Below are positions 50,205 to 64,000 of a stretch of DNA of 64,000 nucleotides, piece by piece. The notes under the pieces are model-generated. The model was not told the DNA's origin. It saw only the letters and a list, made by a program, of their open reading frames with translations, and did not search any database. The position numbers and the translations under genes are program-made. Origin of the DNA: Cycas panzhihuaensis (taxonomy: Eukaryota; Plantae; Cycadophyta); assembly GCA_023213395.1 (NCBI GenBank), contig CM041465.1:44585741-44649740 (forward strand), read 5' to 3'. Each line of letters opens with the position of its first letter. The stretch's first letter is position 1.

Positions 50205-53200
50205 TGTTGAATATAATGTTTTATCTATAGGCTCCTTTCTAAAGTTATCGTGAGGGTTATCTTTCAGATCCCTCTTTTATGTAATTGTGACGTGGCATAC
50301 ATGCATAGACTCTAATAACTGCACATGTTACACGTGACATATATATGAGAATTCTGTTCTTTCTTAATGAATTAGGTTATTTTCATATCAACAGTCTGCC
50401 TCAACATGGTATCAAAGCAGGTCATTCTGAGTTAATTTGAGTCAATATTCAGATTTGTCTGAAGGTCTCATTCGTCATTTGAAGGAAAGTGTTTGAAGAC
50501 CGCATCAATCACCTGAGAAGAGCATTCATTATATTGTACGGAACTGTACAGATTTTATGGACATCATTTTTTTGAAGTGCTTAGATTCAAATGAAATTTT
50601 GCCAACAAATTTGTTTTTAAGAGCTGAACATACTTCTCTAGAAGGTCAACATTAGAATCTATCTCTAAAGGTGAGTTTTACATTGTTTTTTAAAAACACA
50701 AGTTTGGAAGATCAACTGCAAATTTCTTTCAAAAGAAGCAAACATTCCGGGTAAAACCTATCTTGAATTTCTTGTCTGAAGAATATGGTTCATTCAAGTC
50801 CAAGTTTGTCAAATTTCGTTGAAGATTTGCAAATATACAAGCATTTTTCTCCAAAAAACCCTAAACGACCATACATATTTTGAGCTATTTTCTGGGAGTT
50901 TCATTGGTTCAAATCAAAATATTTTTACAGATCTAAGAAGCAAATTTTATTAGCTTTCATTTAACACCATTTTTTTCTTAAATCTGTACAACCCTAAAAA
51001 TTCATACATTTTCGTGCAATCGTACAACTGTATGACTTTCTGCCAGATTCTTTTAGTATTTCTCATTTTGCAGAATTTTATTTCCCTTCTTTCCATACTG
51101 TGGCTTCATTTGTTTTCTCTTTGGGTGATGTTGGTAAACTTATAGGCCAAAATTTTAATACTTGGAAATTGAAAATGAAAGGACTTTTGAGTGCAAAAAA
51201 TGCCTGGAAGATGGTCATAAGGAAGAAAAAAACCCCACTGACATTGTAGATCAAATTAATTGGGAAGAAAAGGGTAATCAGGCACATCCAACAATCATGT
51301 TGTTTATTAAGAATTCCTTGTTAACCCATGTTGTTGGAGCTACCACATCAGCAGATGTTTGGAAAGCTTTAACCTCTCTCTTCAGTCTGAAAAATGAAGC
51401 CCACATAATATCCTTAATAGAAGAGTTATACAAATTTCATTTGAGAGAATGACAAACAATATCAAAATTTGTGATAAAAATTACTACTCTCAAAGACAAC
51501 CTTGTTTCAGCAGGAGAGACCATATCAAATATAGAACTTGTTCAACTCACAATAAATAAATTACCCAAATCATTTGATAATATGGTCAACACAGTGAGAA
51601 CAGGTGGCAATACTGCTAACATGTCATTTGAGACCTTGACATGACACATGCTTCAACAGAAATAAAGGAACAAATGATACGAGGAGGAGATAGGAATAGA
51701 GGAGGCATTTCTCTCAAAACTAAGCATAAGAAGTCGAGGTCACCCTCGATATTCAAGAGGAAGGAACATATCATTTAGGATGGCATCAACAGAAGGTTGA
51801 GGTTAGATTGACAATCATAACAGGATCAAATGGACTTGAGAAGAACAAGGAAGATCTAGGCCAATTCCTCCAAGAGATTCCAAGGTTTGCTTCAACTGTG
51901 GAAGATATGGTCACTTTTTTAGCAACTGCAGAGTACCAAATTGCTTTCATTGTGGACAATCTGGATATTTTCCTAATCATCGTCCTCAGAGAGGTGCAAA
52001 CATTCAGAGAGGGAAAAGAGTTGAATGCAACTACAATAATGAGCAATATGAAGAGGAAGATGAAGAAATTGCATTTGTTGTTGCACTGGCTGTGAGCCTA
52101 AGCTCCAGTGATGACTGGCACATAGACTGAGGAGCATCAAATCATATGACTGGGAGAGAAGAATGGTTTGAATCTTTCAGACCTTATTTCTCTTAATAGG
52201 TCTGTTGAACTCAGTAACAATTTTCCTCTTCATATTCAAGGCAAAGGGACAATAACTATTATAATTAATAAGGAAATCAAGAAGATTGGTAATGTTCTCC
52301 ATCTGACAGGTCTAAAGAAAAATTTATTGTTTGTGTCTCAACTTAGAAGGAAGACACTTTGAGTCATCTTTGATGAAAGTTGAAAATGTCTTGTATATGA
52401 CATGAAAAAGAATGGTACTATAATTATAGAAGGGAGAGAAGATATTAATCTTTGTAAGTTAATTTTTGCTTCCATTCTGCCAACTTCTGATGTAAAATCT
52501 CTTGTTGCTTGCACTTCTTCTAATGAAATTTGGCATTCTAAGTATGGGCATATCTCAAACAAAAGATTACAATTATTGAAAAATTCTAATATGGTGAATT
52601 GACTTCTAGATATAACATTTAATTCCTTTGTTTGCAAAGGTTGTATGATGCGCAAACAATACAGAGTCCCATTCCAAGAAGTGAGGTGGAGAGCTCAAAA
52701 GAAATTAGAGTTAATTCATAGAGACCTGCGTGGATCCATAACTCCAAATTCTATAAATGATGCAAGGTATTTCCTTACATTTATTGATGATTTCTCTAGG
52801 AAAACATGGGTATACTTTCTTTTTAGAAAATATGAAGCTCTAGATTATTTCAAAGAATTTAAGGCCCAGGTTGAACTAGAAAGTGAATGCAAAATCAAAG
52901 TCTTCATTTAGATGGAGGATATGAAAACATATTAAGTGACTTCCACCATTTCTATAAGCTACATGGAATACAAAGACAGGTGACAACTCCTTATACACCT
53001 CAATCGAATGGGATAACAAAACACATGAACAGAACAATAATGGAAATGGTCAGAAGTTTGATAGATGAAAGAGCAATCTCAAAAACATACTAGGCAGCAA
53101 CTGTTAACACAACAATGTGCTTCATTAATAGGAGTCTAACTCAAGCTTTGGACAAAGTAACTCCTGAAGAAGCTTGGATAACAAGGAAGCCAGACATAAG

Positions 53201-54616
53201 TAATCTTAAAGTTTTTGGTTGCAAAGCTTATGTTCATGTTCTAGATAAAAACAAACTAAGCTAGATAGCAAAAGCATAGAATGCATTATGATTGGTTATA
53301 GTAATAAGTCTAAATCTTACAAATGTACAGACCCAGAAACAAATAAAATCTATGTCAATAGGGATGTTGTCTTTGATGAATAAACCAATCAAGGAGATAA
53401 GATAATTTGCAGACATGTGGAGGAACTTCCTAGGTCAACTGTTCCAATTGAAGAAAAGTTCGAGATCACTTCAGCAGACTCAAGTGAGTTAGGCAAAGAA
53501 CATTTTGAAGGAAACACACATGATAACATTGATGAAGAACAAATAAATTCAAGTGAAGTACAAAATATTCTTGAACAAGGTTCTTCACAAATGACCACAG
53601 GAGAATGTCCAAAGAAAGTACCTAAATGGTATATCAAAACAATTGAAGAAACAAAAAGAGACATGTTTGAACAAAGAACAAGGTCTCAAAAACATCAGAG
53701 TTTAATTTGTTCAGTTAAACCTGAAAGTTATGCAGAAACTAGTGATCATTCTAAATGGAGGGAAGCAATGGATACTGAAATGAATGTTATTTCCAAAAAC
53801 ATAACCTAGGAGTTAGTTAGTGCTCCAAAAGATAAATCCATTCTTGACTATAAATGGGTATACAAAATTAAGGAAAAATCTGATGGAACAATTGAAAAAT
53901 ATAAGGCCAAACTAGTAGCAAAGGGATATACTCAAACTGCGGGGATAGACTATGATGAAACTTTCTCACCTGTAGCAAAGCTTATAACTATAAGAATAAT
54001 TATAGTTTTAGTAGCCCAACTAGGGTGGAACATTGTTTAGCTCAATGTTAAAAGTGTCTTCCTGAATGGAGATATCTAGAAAGAAGTATATATGCAACAA
54101 CCAACAGGCTATATAAAGAAAAGAGAAGAGCATCTTGTCTACAAGTTAAAAAAGGCCCTTTACAGTCTAAGCAATCACCAAGAGCTTGGCATGCCAAACT
54201 GGATAGACATCTCAATCAAAATGGGTTTAATAAATGTGATTCTGATCCTAGTCTATATATCAAACCTAGTAAAGGGTTAATCACTATCATTGTTGTTTAT
54301 GTTGATGATATGATCGTTACAAGCAATGATGATTCGTCCATCTCACAAATAAGATCCCAGTTAGAAAAAGAATTTGAAATGATTGATTTAGGTTTTCTTT
54401 ACTATTATCTTGGGATTGAAGTAAAATAACAGAAGAATTCAATTTTTATATCACAATCAAAATATGTTAGAAATCTTTTGAAAAAATTCATAATGGAAGA
54501 TTGCAACAGTTGTTCTACTCCAATGGAGACAGGGTGTGTTTTAACTCATGATATAGATGGTCAACCAATAGATGCAACGTTGTACAGGTAATTGGTAGGC
54601 AATCTCACTTATCTTC
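50205..54616 (+). mobile_element. Ty1/Copia element D, 3'-truncated (5' LTR 50205-50406)
   Basis: TG..CA LTR, PBS TGGTATCAAAGC at 50407, then gag, INT (ARYFLTFIDDFSRKTWVYFL) and RT (VVYVDD). Ends abruptly after the LYR.LVG motif. Confidence 0.92.
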
Positions 54617-55339
54617 TGCAAAAGAATTTGAAGAAGATCCTCAACAAGCCACATGCGAATCCAACAAAGCATTTAAGGTAGCTCTCGATCTTGTGTTGCA
54701 CATGCACATTTTGTTTGGTAGTTTTATCTATCCTCTCTCTTTCTCTAGTTCAATAGCAATGGAAAGCCTTATTTTCCCCATCCCATAGTTAATTATAATC
54801 CTAGTCCCCTTAACTCTAGTTTTTTCGTAGGTCAAATCCCAATTCTCCTTTGCAACCCTAGTTCATCTCTTTACTTATGTACTCCTTCACCCCTCTATAG
54901 ACCATTCTCAACAGGATATTCTACAACTTCAATCCATTCATCAGGTTTCATCACTTAGTATTACCCCTTACAAAATCTAGTCTGGCTTTTCCCAAAACCC
55001 CTCAATTCCATATTATCAATACTATTTTTTTCGATTGAATTTTTCATTTTGCTGGAATACCATTCTTAAAAACCTATTAAAACTTTTTTTTTCATAACGA
55101 ACATCTATCACTAATCCCTCATCTATCTTTCCTTCTAAAGAAGTGTTTTGGTCTAATAAACACTGCACAATTCTCATCTTCATTCAAACATCATCCCTTT
55201 TCCCTATGACTCCCAAGATGTGCCTAATCTCAATTCATAATCCCACCTTATCTTTTCTTTTTTATGATAAACAATCATCAATCCATGACCCTTATGATCA
55301 ATTCTTTTCATAAAATCTTCACTTGTGTTTCCATAAACC

Positions 55340-56173
55340 GTCCCATCTGAACATAAAATGTGCAAACACAAGGCAAGACCGGGATGAGACATCTGAGACA
55401 CCTCTCGGCTCTTAGGATCCTTCTGATACAAAACAACATCGAGCATGTACCTGGCCCCAAGAACAACCATCGGCAAATTCAAGGCACCTGCCAGCAAAAT
55501 TCCACAGGAGATGCAAGATCGAGCGAAATCTTTACGACATAGAGGATCTAGCAGGTGGTGGCTGGAAGATTAGACCAAGTTACAAGCAATTCTCAATACT
55601 TTGAGGGCGAAGTATCATTTTAAGAGGGGGAAATTGTAACATTCCTAAAATAAGGTTGAAGTTCATTTTATAAAGAGAAATAATTATTAGGAAGTCGAGT
55701 TTTAGGAGAATTAAAAGAAGAATCATTTATTTTATTATGAAATCATTCTTTTGGAGGGAAAATTAAGAGGTTGGTTTTGAAGGCTATAAATAGAGAAGCC
55801 TTCTTCATTTGTAAGAAGTCTTGGAGAATTTTTGTATGTTAGGTATAATGGCCTCTGTGCTTGTTGGAGGGTCGCTCTCACCTTGAAGAGGGTTCAACAT
55901 TGTTGGACATTGTATCAGGTGCCATTATTCAGTTAAAACTATTACCTATTGTTTACATATGCTACTGCTATCTCTGCATGAATGATGTATATCTTTGTTG
56001 AATGATATTCATAAAGTTTCACTGCTGAAATCATATCATATTTGTTGTAAATATATGAAATCCACTACTGCAAAATATTGTGATTTGCTTTGAATGTTAT
56101 CATTACCTGCTAGAGTTGGTGTTTCTATTTGCCGTATTATATTTGGCTTGCCATAATTGGTAGGAGTGCTATA
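55340..56173 (+). mobile_element. Gypsy 3' end: degenerate chromodomain-like tail, PPT and LTR (55635-~56173)
   Basis: ctttgagggcgaagtatcattttaagagggggaaat, then TGTAAC. TATA ggctataaata. Related to the LTR at 34202. Confidence 0.6.
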
Positions 56174-56174
56174 G

Positions 56175-57150
56175 GATCTCCATAGAGCAGAAAGAACTTT
56201 CGCACCAGGAGATTGGGCATTTCTTTATCTGTAACTGTACAAACAAACTAGCTTAAAACAAGTAGGCTGATGCAGGTTACAACCCAAATTCTTTGGGTCT
56301 TAACAAAATTTTGGCCAAAATTGGTGAAGTAGCATATTGGTTGGAGCTTCCTCCTATCAGCAGGATTCATAATACATTTCATGTTTCTTGTCTAAAAAAG
56401 AAGCTTGGGGAAGGAGTTGCAATCCAAACAAATCTTCCCGTATTGGATAATGAAGGAAAAATATCAGTAGAGCCAGGAGGTATTCTGCAAATTTGTACCA
56501 AAAGACTATGTTCTAGAGAGATTAAGGAATACCTTATTAAGTTGAAGACAAGGGATATTAGTGATGCTACTTGGGAGACAGAAGAATGGTTGCAGCAATA
56601 TCCTCACTTGCCCGTGCTTTGAGAGCAAAGCACGATTTCAAGGGGAGGGACTTGTAGTAATCTAGACATTTCAGAGAGTAGTCTAGCCGACCTACTTTTG
56701 TGTAGAAAAACCGACTTCAGTTTAGGATGGTTCAATCTCATTTCAGTCTCAAGTTCTGGCCGACTTCAAGAGGGGTTTTGACCAGCCATTTTATAGGCTA
56801 TTTAAGTGCCTATTTAAAGAGGAAGCTGGGCAACATTACGGCATCATCTCATAGCATTATGGATTGCTATAAACTCGACCTTTGCGCAACAATTGTGGAG
56901 GGTACATCACCTCAAAGAGGGACCACAATCTCATCCTTACGTCCAAGTACTTTTGGGTAACATTGTAGATATTGAATTGTGATAAATTTATACTATTTAT
57001 CTTCTGCAATTACATTCTTTGCACTATTGTTATAATACTTCTTTATTGTTGTAATTTCTCCTATTCTATGAGTATATTTTGGGGATAATTATTTGTCATT
57101 AAAGTGTGTATTAGTAATTTCCAAGACACCGCTGTATAGCGTTTGCTACA
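56175..57150 (+). mobile_element. Chromovirus (Ty3/Gypsy) 3' end: integrase C-terminus, chromodomain, PPT and LTR (56653-57150)
   Basis: KIGEVAYWLELP..RIHNTFHVSCLKK and EYLIKLK..DATWE..QYPHL. PPT aggggaggga. LTR termini TGTAG...CTACA. Confidence 0.9.
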
Positions 57151-57410
57151 CCATTCCTAATGAGTTTGATTGTGTTTGCATTTAGTATTGTGGTTGCTAT
57201 TTTAAAAGTTAGGTATTGTAACTAAAGTGAGCTTGGAGACTTTACAGTGCTTAAATTTTGCTTGAAAACAACAATATCAATCATGATCTATAAAGTGATC
57301 CAAGAACTGAATCTTGACAAGACAAAGTAGGGGGTTCCACTTTAGGTCATCCAACCTTAATTTGTGAAAGATCCAATAGTTGACCTAGTGTTAAATTAGC
57401 ACAAATTGGG

Positions 57411-57606
57411 GTAAGGTTGATCTGCACGACATACTATGCTTTTCCAAGTGTTCACAACATTGATGACAACTTTTACAAATCTCCCAACTTAAGTGAGTTT
57501 TTCTTAAAATTTTAGTGAGGCAAGGTTGATTTGCATGGTTGTACCATACTTTCCTCAGTATTCACAACATTGATAACACCTTTTTTGAGCCTCCCAAATT
57601 AAGCAA
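57411..57606. repeat. Diverged ~110-bp-period tandem duplication
   Basis: aaggttgat.tgca...ttcacaacattgat.aca...ctcccaa.ttaag occurs twice. Confidence 0.75.
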
Positions 57607-57795
57607 AATATGATGTTTTTAATGTTTTAAGTGATTAAATGATGCTTAGAATTTGTCCATTTTAGCAAGGGTATGCTAAAAATATGTTCACAATCACAAA
57701 AAATTGTTAACTTGTGTAAACAAGCAATGCTCCAAAAAGACACCTAGGATTAATAAATGACCCCCCCACACAACAAAAATTCGATTTTATTGATG

Positions 57796-60700
57796 TGTTA
57801 GAATGTAATGTTTTATCCTAGGAAGTCTAAAGGGGTAATAAACCCCTAAAAAATGTAACTTAGTTTGTTTTTTGGGGGTTACAAAACCTAATTGTATATA
57901 TATTCAGGAGTTCACTCCTTAATAATCAGTAAAGCATTTCTCTTCCATCTCAAGGGTATTTGCTAACATGGTATTAGAGCGGGTCGTCTTGCCTATTTGA
58001 GAGAGGGTTTTTTAGCCAATGCAAGGAAGTGTACAGTCAAGGACAAGATAACAAGTCAATCTAAGAAGAATAAGCCAAAGTCAAGCAAAGACAATAGCTT
58101 GTAGACTATGAGAGAGAAGAAACAAGTGAAAGAGGACAAAGAAAGCATCTTTAGAAGGTGTATGGAATTAGTGGATGGAACTGCATGGTTGTACAGACAA
58201 GAAAAATCGAAGTTCTCAGAACGAGATTAAATTTGGCTAGAAGCTAGATCACATCCTCTTCGTCAATATTCTCTTCTGCATCGAGTTCATTCAAGGTTAT
58301 TTTCGGGTTGTTTTGCCCATTTTTATAGGTGTGCGGGTTTGCATGAGTTACATATTTTTCAATATTTTCTCTCATTTTTCTTTTGAAAAACAATTAGAGA
58401 ACCTTTATATATGTCATACGACCACATTGGGACTATCTTTGATGGTTTTTAGTGGAGCATTTTTTTAATCTAAGCAGATTTGTGAAAAAAACCTAGTTGC
58501 CCACTTTCCCTTTGCAGGCTGAATATCTCTCAAACAAGTTAAAGTTTTGAAAAAATACTTTTAGATTCTTGATCTCCTCATCAATATCTTTCATTTGAGG
58601 TACATCTTGATCTGATCCGTACAATTTGAGTACCATACGGCATTTTGTACAGTTGTATGACCTAGGGCTTGTACTTGCAATTTTTTGAATTGAAAATGGC
58701 TTCTTCTATTCTTGCTCTCTCTAATACAGATAAACTTACAGATAGTAACTATCATGTCTGGAAGATAAAAATAGAGACATTATTAAGAGCCAAAAATCCA
58801 TGGAGGATTGCAACTGGACAAGAAGCAAAACCCGATATAGCAGGACCAAGCCTAACAAGCTGGGAAGAAAGAGAGTGCAGGAGTTATAGTGTTAAACTCT
58901 CAATATCAGATTCTCTTCATATATGTAGAAAATTTGACCTCCACTTCAACCATCTAGAAGTGTTTTGAAAATTTATATGGGCAAAAGAATAGGGCTAAAA
59001 TAGTTGCCTTGAAAGAAGAATTGTTCAAGCTTCACATGAAAGAGACAGAAACAGTGACCGAAATTATCCACAAAGTTATTTCCTTGAGAAATGACCTTTC
59101 AAGTGCAGGTGCAACCATCACAGATCAGGAGTTAGTAGAAATGGTAGCTAGCAAATTGCTTAAGTCCTTCGATGTAACCATAAACACAATAACCAACAAT
59201 GATTAGATTGCAAGAATGACCATGGATACGTTAACTGGGTTGTTGCTAAGATAGGAACAGAGAAATAAGAGGTATGAAGACTCTGAAGGACTAGAAGATG
59301 CATTCATTTTCAGACTAAACCTTGGGCTAAGAGGGCAAAGCAGAGGAAGAGGATGAACTCTAGAAGCAAGGACTCCATGAGGCAGATGGCAAGATATCAG
59401 AGGGTGAGGATGTACTACAACACCAAGAGTATGCTACAATTGTGGTAAGACAGGTCATTTTGCAAGTTCATGTAAAGCTATTGATCTGTGCTATCATTGT
59501 GGATAGCCAGGACACTACCCATACTAGTGTCCTCAAAGGAGGGCAGACATTCAGAGAGGGAAACACCCAGTTGAAAACTATAGCAAGGAGCAAACAAATG
59601 GAGATGAGGAAGAAGAAACTGCCTTCATTGTTTCTCTCACTGTAGGTCCAGGACAAAGACATATGTTACATTGATATAGGAGCATCCAGACACATGGCTA
59701 GTAGAGAAGACTGGTTCAAGACACTCCAACTATACACATCAAATAGAACGATGGAGCTAGGAGATAAGTACCCCCTTAATATAAAGGAAGTAGGAACAAT
59801 AGCTGTCAAATTACAAGACAACATAAAAAAGATTGGAAATGTACTTTTGGTCCTTGACCTCAAAATGAATCTTTTTTTCGTTTCTCAACTTAGCAAGAAA
59901 AAGCTAAGGGCTGTCTTTGATAAAAAGGGGTTCTGTTACATCCTTGACATGAAGGATAATGGCAATGTAATTGCAAAGGGAGTAGAAAGCAATGACCTAT
60001 ATAGGTTGCTTTCCCATCCTGTGTTCTCTGATGAAAAGCTTGTACAACTGCAAATCTTAATGAGAATGACAAACTGTGGCACTTGAAGTGTGGACACTTC
60101 CTTATAGAAAACCTAAAGTCAATGAAGAAGGAAGGGTTGGTTGATGGTCTTCCTTCTATCACATCAGATAACTTTGTTTGTAAAAGTTGTCAATCTGGAA
60201 AACAACATAGGCTACCTTTTAAAGAAAGCAAATGGCGAGCTCAAAAGAAGTTGGAATTAATATGCACCGACATATGTGGACCCCTCACTCCACATTCAAT
60301 CAATGGTTGTAGATATTTTCCTACATTTATTGATGATCTGACTAGAAAAATATGGGTCTACTTTCTCCAAAACAAATTAGAAGTGTTTGACAGCTTTAAA
60401 GAATTCAAAGCTGAAGTAGAACTAGAATTTGGGGAAAGGATGAAATGCATAAGATCTGATGGTGGAGAATATATTTCAAAGGACTTCCTGAACTATTGTA
60501 AAGTAAATGGAATTCATAGACAATTCACAACCCCATATATTTCTCAATTTAATGGGGTTGTAGAAAGGAAAAACAAAGGCATTATGGAAATGGCACGGTG
60601 CATGGTTCATGAAAAAAGGGTCCTTAATTCTTACTGGCCTGAAGTAGTAAACACAACATGTTATCTACTGAATCGAAATCCAACAAAGGCACTAAATCTT

Positions 60701-63034
60701 CTTACCCCAGAAGAAGCTTGGATAGGGAGAAAACCATATGTAAGTCATTTGAGGGTATTTGGATGCCAAGCATTGGTCCATATCCTTGACAAGAAAAGAA
60801 CAAAGCTTGACTCAAAAAGCCTTGAGTGTATCATGATTGGTTACAACAAGAATTCAAAAGCATACAAATACATAGATCCAAAAATTAACAAGATCTATGT
60901 GAGTAGAGATATCATATTCAATGAAAAAGACATAGAAGAAGATAAAAATCAAATCAAGATAATTGACGATACACCTCAAGTTATTTTTTCAGAAATTCCT
61001 ATCGAGGAAGGATTTGGTCTAACTTCAAAGGATATTTCAGAAGATTCAACCTCACCATAGACTTCACCATAAAAGGAAGAATCATCTCCACATGAAGCTT
61101 CCCTGTTAGAAGAGGAAGAAATCATCTCCAAAAGAACCGAGAACTAAAGAAGAACCAAAGAAGGAGAAAAAGCTATCCAAATGGTATGTCAAAATTGTCG
61201 AGGAAGGAAAAGGAGATATACTTCCTCATAGGACAAGAAGCTAGAGACATAGGCCATTGTACAGTAACATAGAACCTTAATCATTTACGAAGGTAAAGGA
61301 GCAGAACGAATGGAGAATAGCCATGGACACTGAGATAGAATCCATCATCAAAAATCAGACTTGGGAATTGGTTGAATTACCATCCAACAAACCAGTAGTC
61401 AATTGCAAATTGATCTACAAGATAAATGAGGGAGCCAACGGAAACATTGAAAAGTACAAAGTAAGGCTTGTTGCAAAGGGCTACACTCAAACAATAGGGG
61501 TAGGCTATGAAGAAACATTTTTGCATGTAGCCAAATTAAACACAGTAAGAGCAGTAATAACATTGGCAACATAGAAAAATTGGAAAAATATACCAACTAG
61601 ATGTCAAAAGTGCCTTTCTGAATGGTGAAATAGAGGAAGAAGTCTACATGAAGCAACCAGAAGGCTATATTGAAAAAGGGAAAGAACACTTGGTTTGCAG
61701 GTTGAAAAAGGCACTGTATGGACTAAAACAGGCTCCACGTGCTTGGGATGCAAAGTTGGACAACTATCTCTATCAAAATGGATTCCACAGGTGTAGTTCA
61801 GACTCAAGTTTGTATATAAAGAATATAAATGGGTTGATCACCATAATTGTAGTATATGTAGATGATATGATTCTCACCGGGGATGATGAAAAATCAATCT
61901 CAAACATAAAGGTCAGCTTGAAAATAAAATTGAAATGACTGATCTAGGCCTCCTAAGTTATTATTTGGGAATGAAAGTTGACCGAAAAGAAGACTGAGTC
62001 ACTTTGTGCCAAAGCAAGTATATCAAAGACTTGTTAACAAAATTTCAAATGAAGGATTGCAATCCATGTACAACTCCCATGGAAGTGAATTGTAACTTTG
62101 TCCCTACCAAGGAAGAGCCTCAAGTTAATGCCGCCATGTATAGACAACTTATTGGGAGTTTGATTTATCTCATTGCCACTAGACTTGACATCTCATACTT
62201 TGTAAGTCTAGTATCAAGATACATGCGGGAGCCCAAAATAAAACATTGGAGAGCAATAAATAGAATATTGAGATACTTAAGAGGAACAATCAAATTGAAG
62301 TTGGTATCTCCAAAGGAAGAATCACTTCAGCTAACATGATTTTGCAATTTAGACTGGGCAGGAGACAAAGAGCAAAGAAAGTCTACGAGTGGATATTGCT
62401 TCTTCCTAGGCACTACACCAATCTCTTGTAGTAAAAAGCAAACAACAATAGCCCTACCATCAACAGAAGTTGAGTAGAAATCAACAATCAGTGCAGCTAT
62501 TGAAGCAATTTGGCTAAGATAGCTTTTGACATATCTGAATCAACATCAACAAGGAACCAACAACACTGAATTGTGACAATCAAAGTTTAATCAAATTAAC
62601 CAGGAATCCAGTTCTTCATGCTTGGACAAAGTACATTGAAGTTCATCATCATTTCATTTGAGAGAAAGTTCAAAGCAAGGAGATTGATCTGACCTACTGT
62701 CCAACAGGAGAACAAGTGGTAGATATTTGACAAAACCACTTGGAAAAGACAAATTCCAAATCCTTATGGATAAGATAGGATTAAAGGGATAAAACATTAA
62801 GAGAGGGTGTTAGAATGTAATGTTTTATCCTAGGAAGTCTAAAGGGGTAATAGACCTCTAAAAAATGTAACTTATAAATGTATGCAGGACATGTGTCTGA
62901 CAAGTGTCATATTTTCATGTTACAGTTATAGTTTGTTTCTTGGGGGTTATAAAACCTAATTGTATATATTCAGGAGTTCACTCCTCAATAATCAATCAAG
63001 CATTTCTCTTCCATATCAAGGTTATTTCCTAACA
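57796..63034 (+). mobile_element. Full-length Ty1/Copia element E (LTRs 57796-57968 and 62808-63034)
   Basis: Perfect TSD TGATG, PBS tggtattagagc at 57969, PPT aagagaggg. gag ATG near 58696. INT ORF 60083-61060 and RT/RH motifs. Confidence 0.97.
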
Positions 63035-64000
63035 TGATGTAGGCTTTAGTTTTTTGGTAGTTTCCTTTAATTTTCTCATTTTTAGGACACTATGCAGGGA
63101 GCCTAATGAGAAGAAAATGAGAACATATTTTACACTTGAAGAGAGAAAAGTGTAAGAAATTTAGTGGTTTGATTGCCAATGTACATGCAAAATTTTGATC
63201 CAAGTGTTTGTTTTCCACATTAAAAAAGTTTTAGAAGTGTTTTTGTAAAACAAAACACTAAAAAAAAGGTGATTTTTAAAACCTTAGGTGTGGGGTTCAA
63301 ATATTGCACTTGGAATATTCGAAGAATATTTCCAAGTGCATAATTTGAAGTGTGAAAACTTTAGATCTTACAAAAACATTTTTTGATTGTCATTTATACG
63401 GTAGTTGGGCAACTATGATTCACAAATTTCGTTGAGATTTTTTATTCAATCACGGACTGTGGGTGAGGATCGAGCACAAAGTATGGAGGGATGACAGTCC
63501 ATGCTGAGTCATGAGCAGTGACTGGTAAGTATGCATGAGTCACACAACAAAGCAAAGAACTGGGAGCCACATGCCACGAGAAGAAGAGGTATGCCAAGAG
63601 ATGCCATGGGGGTGAAGATACGAGACATGAGCATTTGAGATGCATGGGATAGAGCCCAACACAAACTGTAGCACACAGACTAGCCACAGAATTCAGGCTT
63701 TAGGACAGAACTATGTAGGAAGAATGATATGCCAGCTTAGGTAAGAAGGCTTGCCATGGAATGAAGACTTGAAACAAAAATGTCGTACAACAATTCTTTT
63801 TTAATAAGATATTGAAAAAAAAAAATCAGTTCTCAAAAAATATTGTTAGTTCCATAATAAGGATGTGCTCATAAAATTGGGATTTTCCCCAATAATTGAA
63901 ATAAATAAGCTTTACAAATTTTCAAAAAAATTATTTTTAAAACTAGTGATAAGTGAGAAAAATTCCTCCTTGGGATTGCCTTTGTTTGGTGAAGGTCATC

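Larger units (their letters stand above)
5232..64000 (+). other. Probable giant TE-filled intron 4 of the RhoGAP gene (3' end outside the window)
   Basis: The next expected exon (phase 1, FGVxIExTVQRQ...CADYL) was not found by eye anywhere in 5232-64000. Most of the interval is TE-derived. Confidence 0.65.

Noticed and set aside
38873-63034. Active autonomous Copia elements
   Set aside because: Every copy has multiple stops and frameshifts and diverged LTRs.

Overview
AT-rich eukaryotic DNA, almost certainly from a land plant with a large, repeat-rich genome (a fern, lycophyte or gymnosperm is an inference). The only intact host gene is the 5' part of a RhoGAP-domain gene homologous to Arabidopsis At5g61530. 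It has four exons at 2707-5231, with a GC-AG first intron and a 19-nt micro-exon. I could not find the next expected exon in the remaining ~58.8 kb, so that stretch is probably one giant TE-filled intron. It holds about eight decayed Ty1/Copia copies or fragments, several Ty3/Gypsy remnants, a hAT transposase pseudogene, a pol-less LTR element and an XRCC1 pseudogene fragment lying just upstream of a PPT and LTR. A multi-level nest of these elements can be reconstructed from target-site duplications (TSDs). The most interesting non-standard signals are: (i) a covarying hairpin that puts the PPT/U3 junction in its loop, seen in six Copia copies; (ii) paired, inverted GTAC/CGTAC (SBP-box-like) clusters in the Copia 5' leaders; (iii) a ~1 kb array of the palindrome GTTGCAAC between pol and an extra 3' ORF of a Gypsy element; (iv) the XRCC1 BRCT fragment apparently carried inside an LTR element. 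All comparisons and counts were made by eye.
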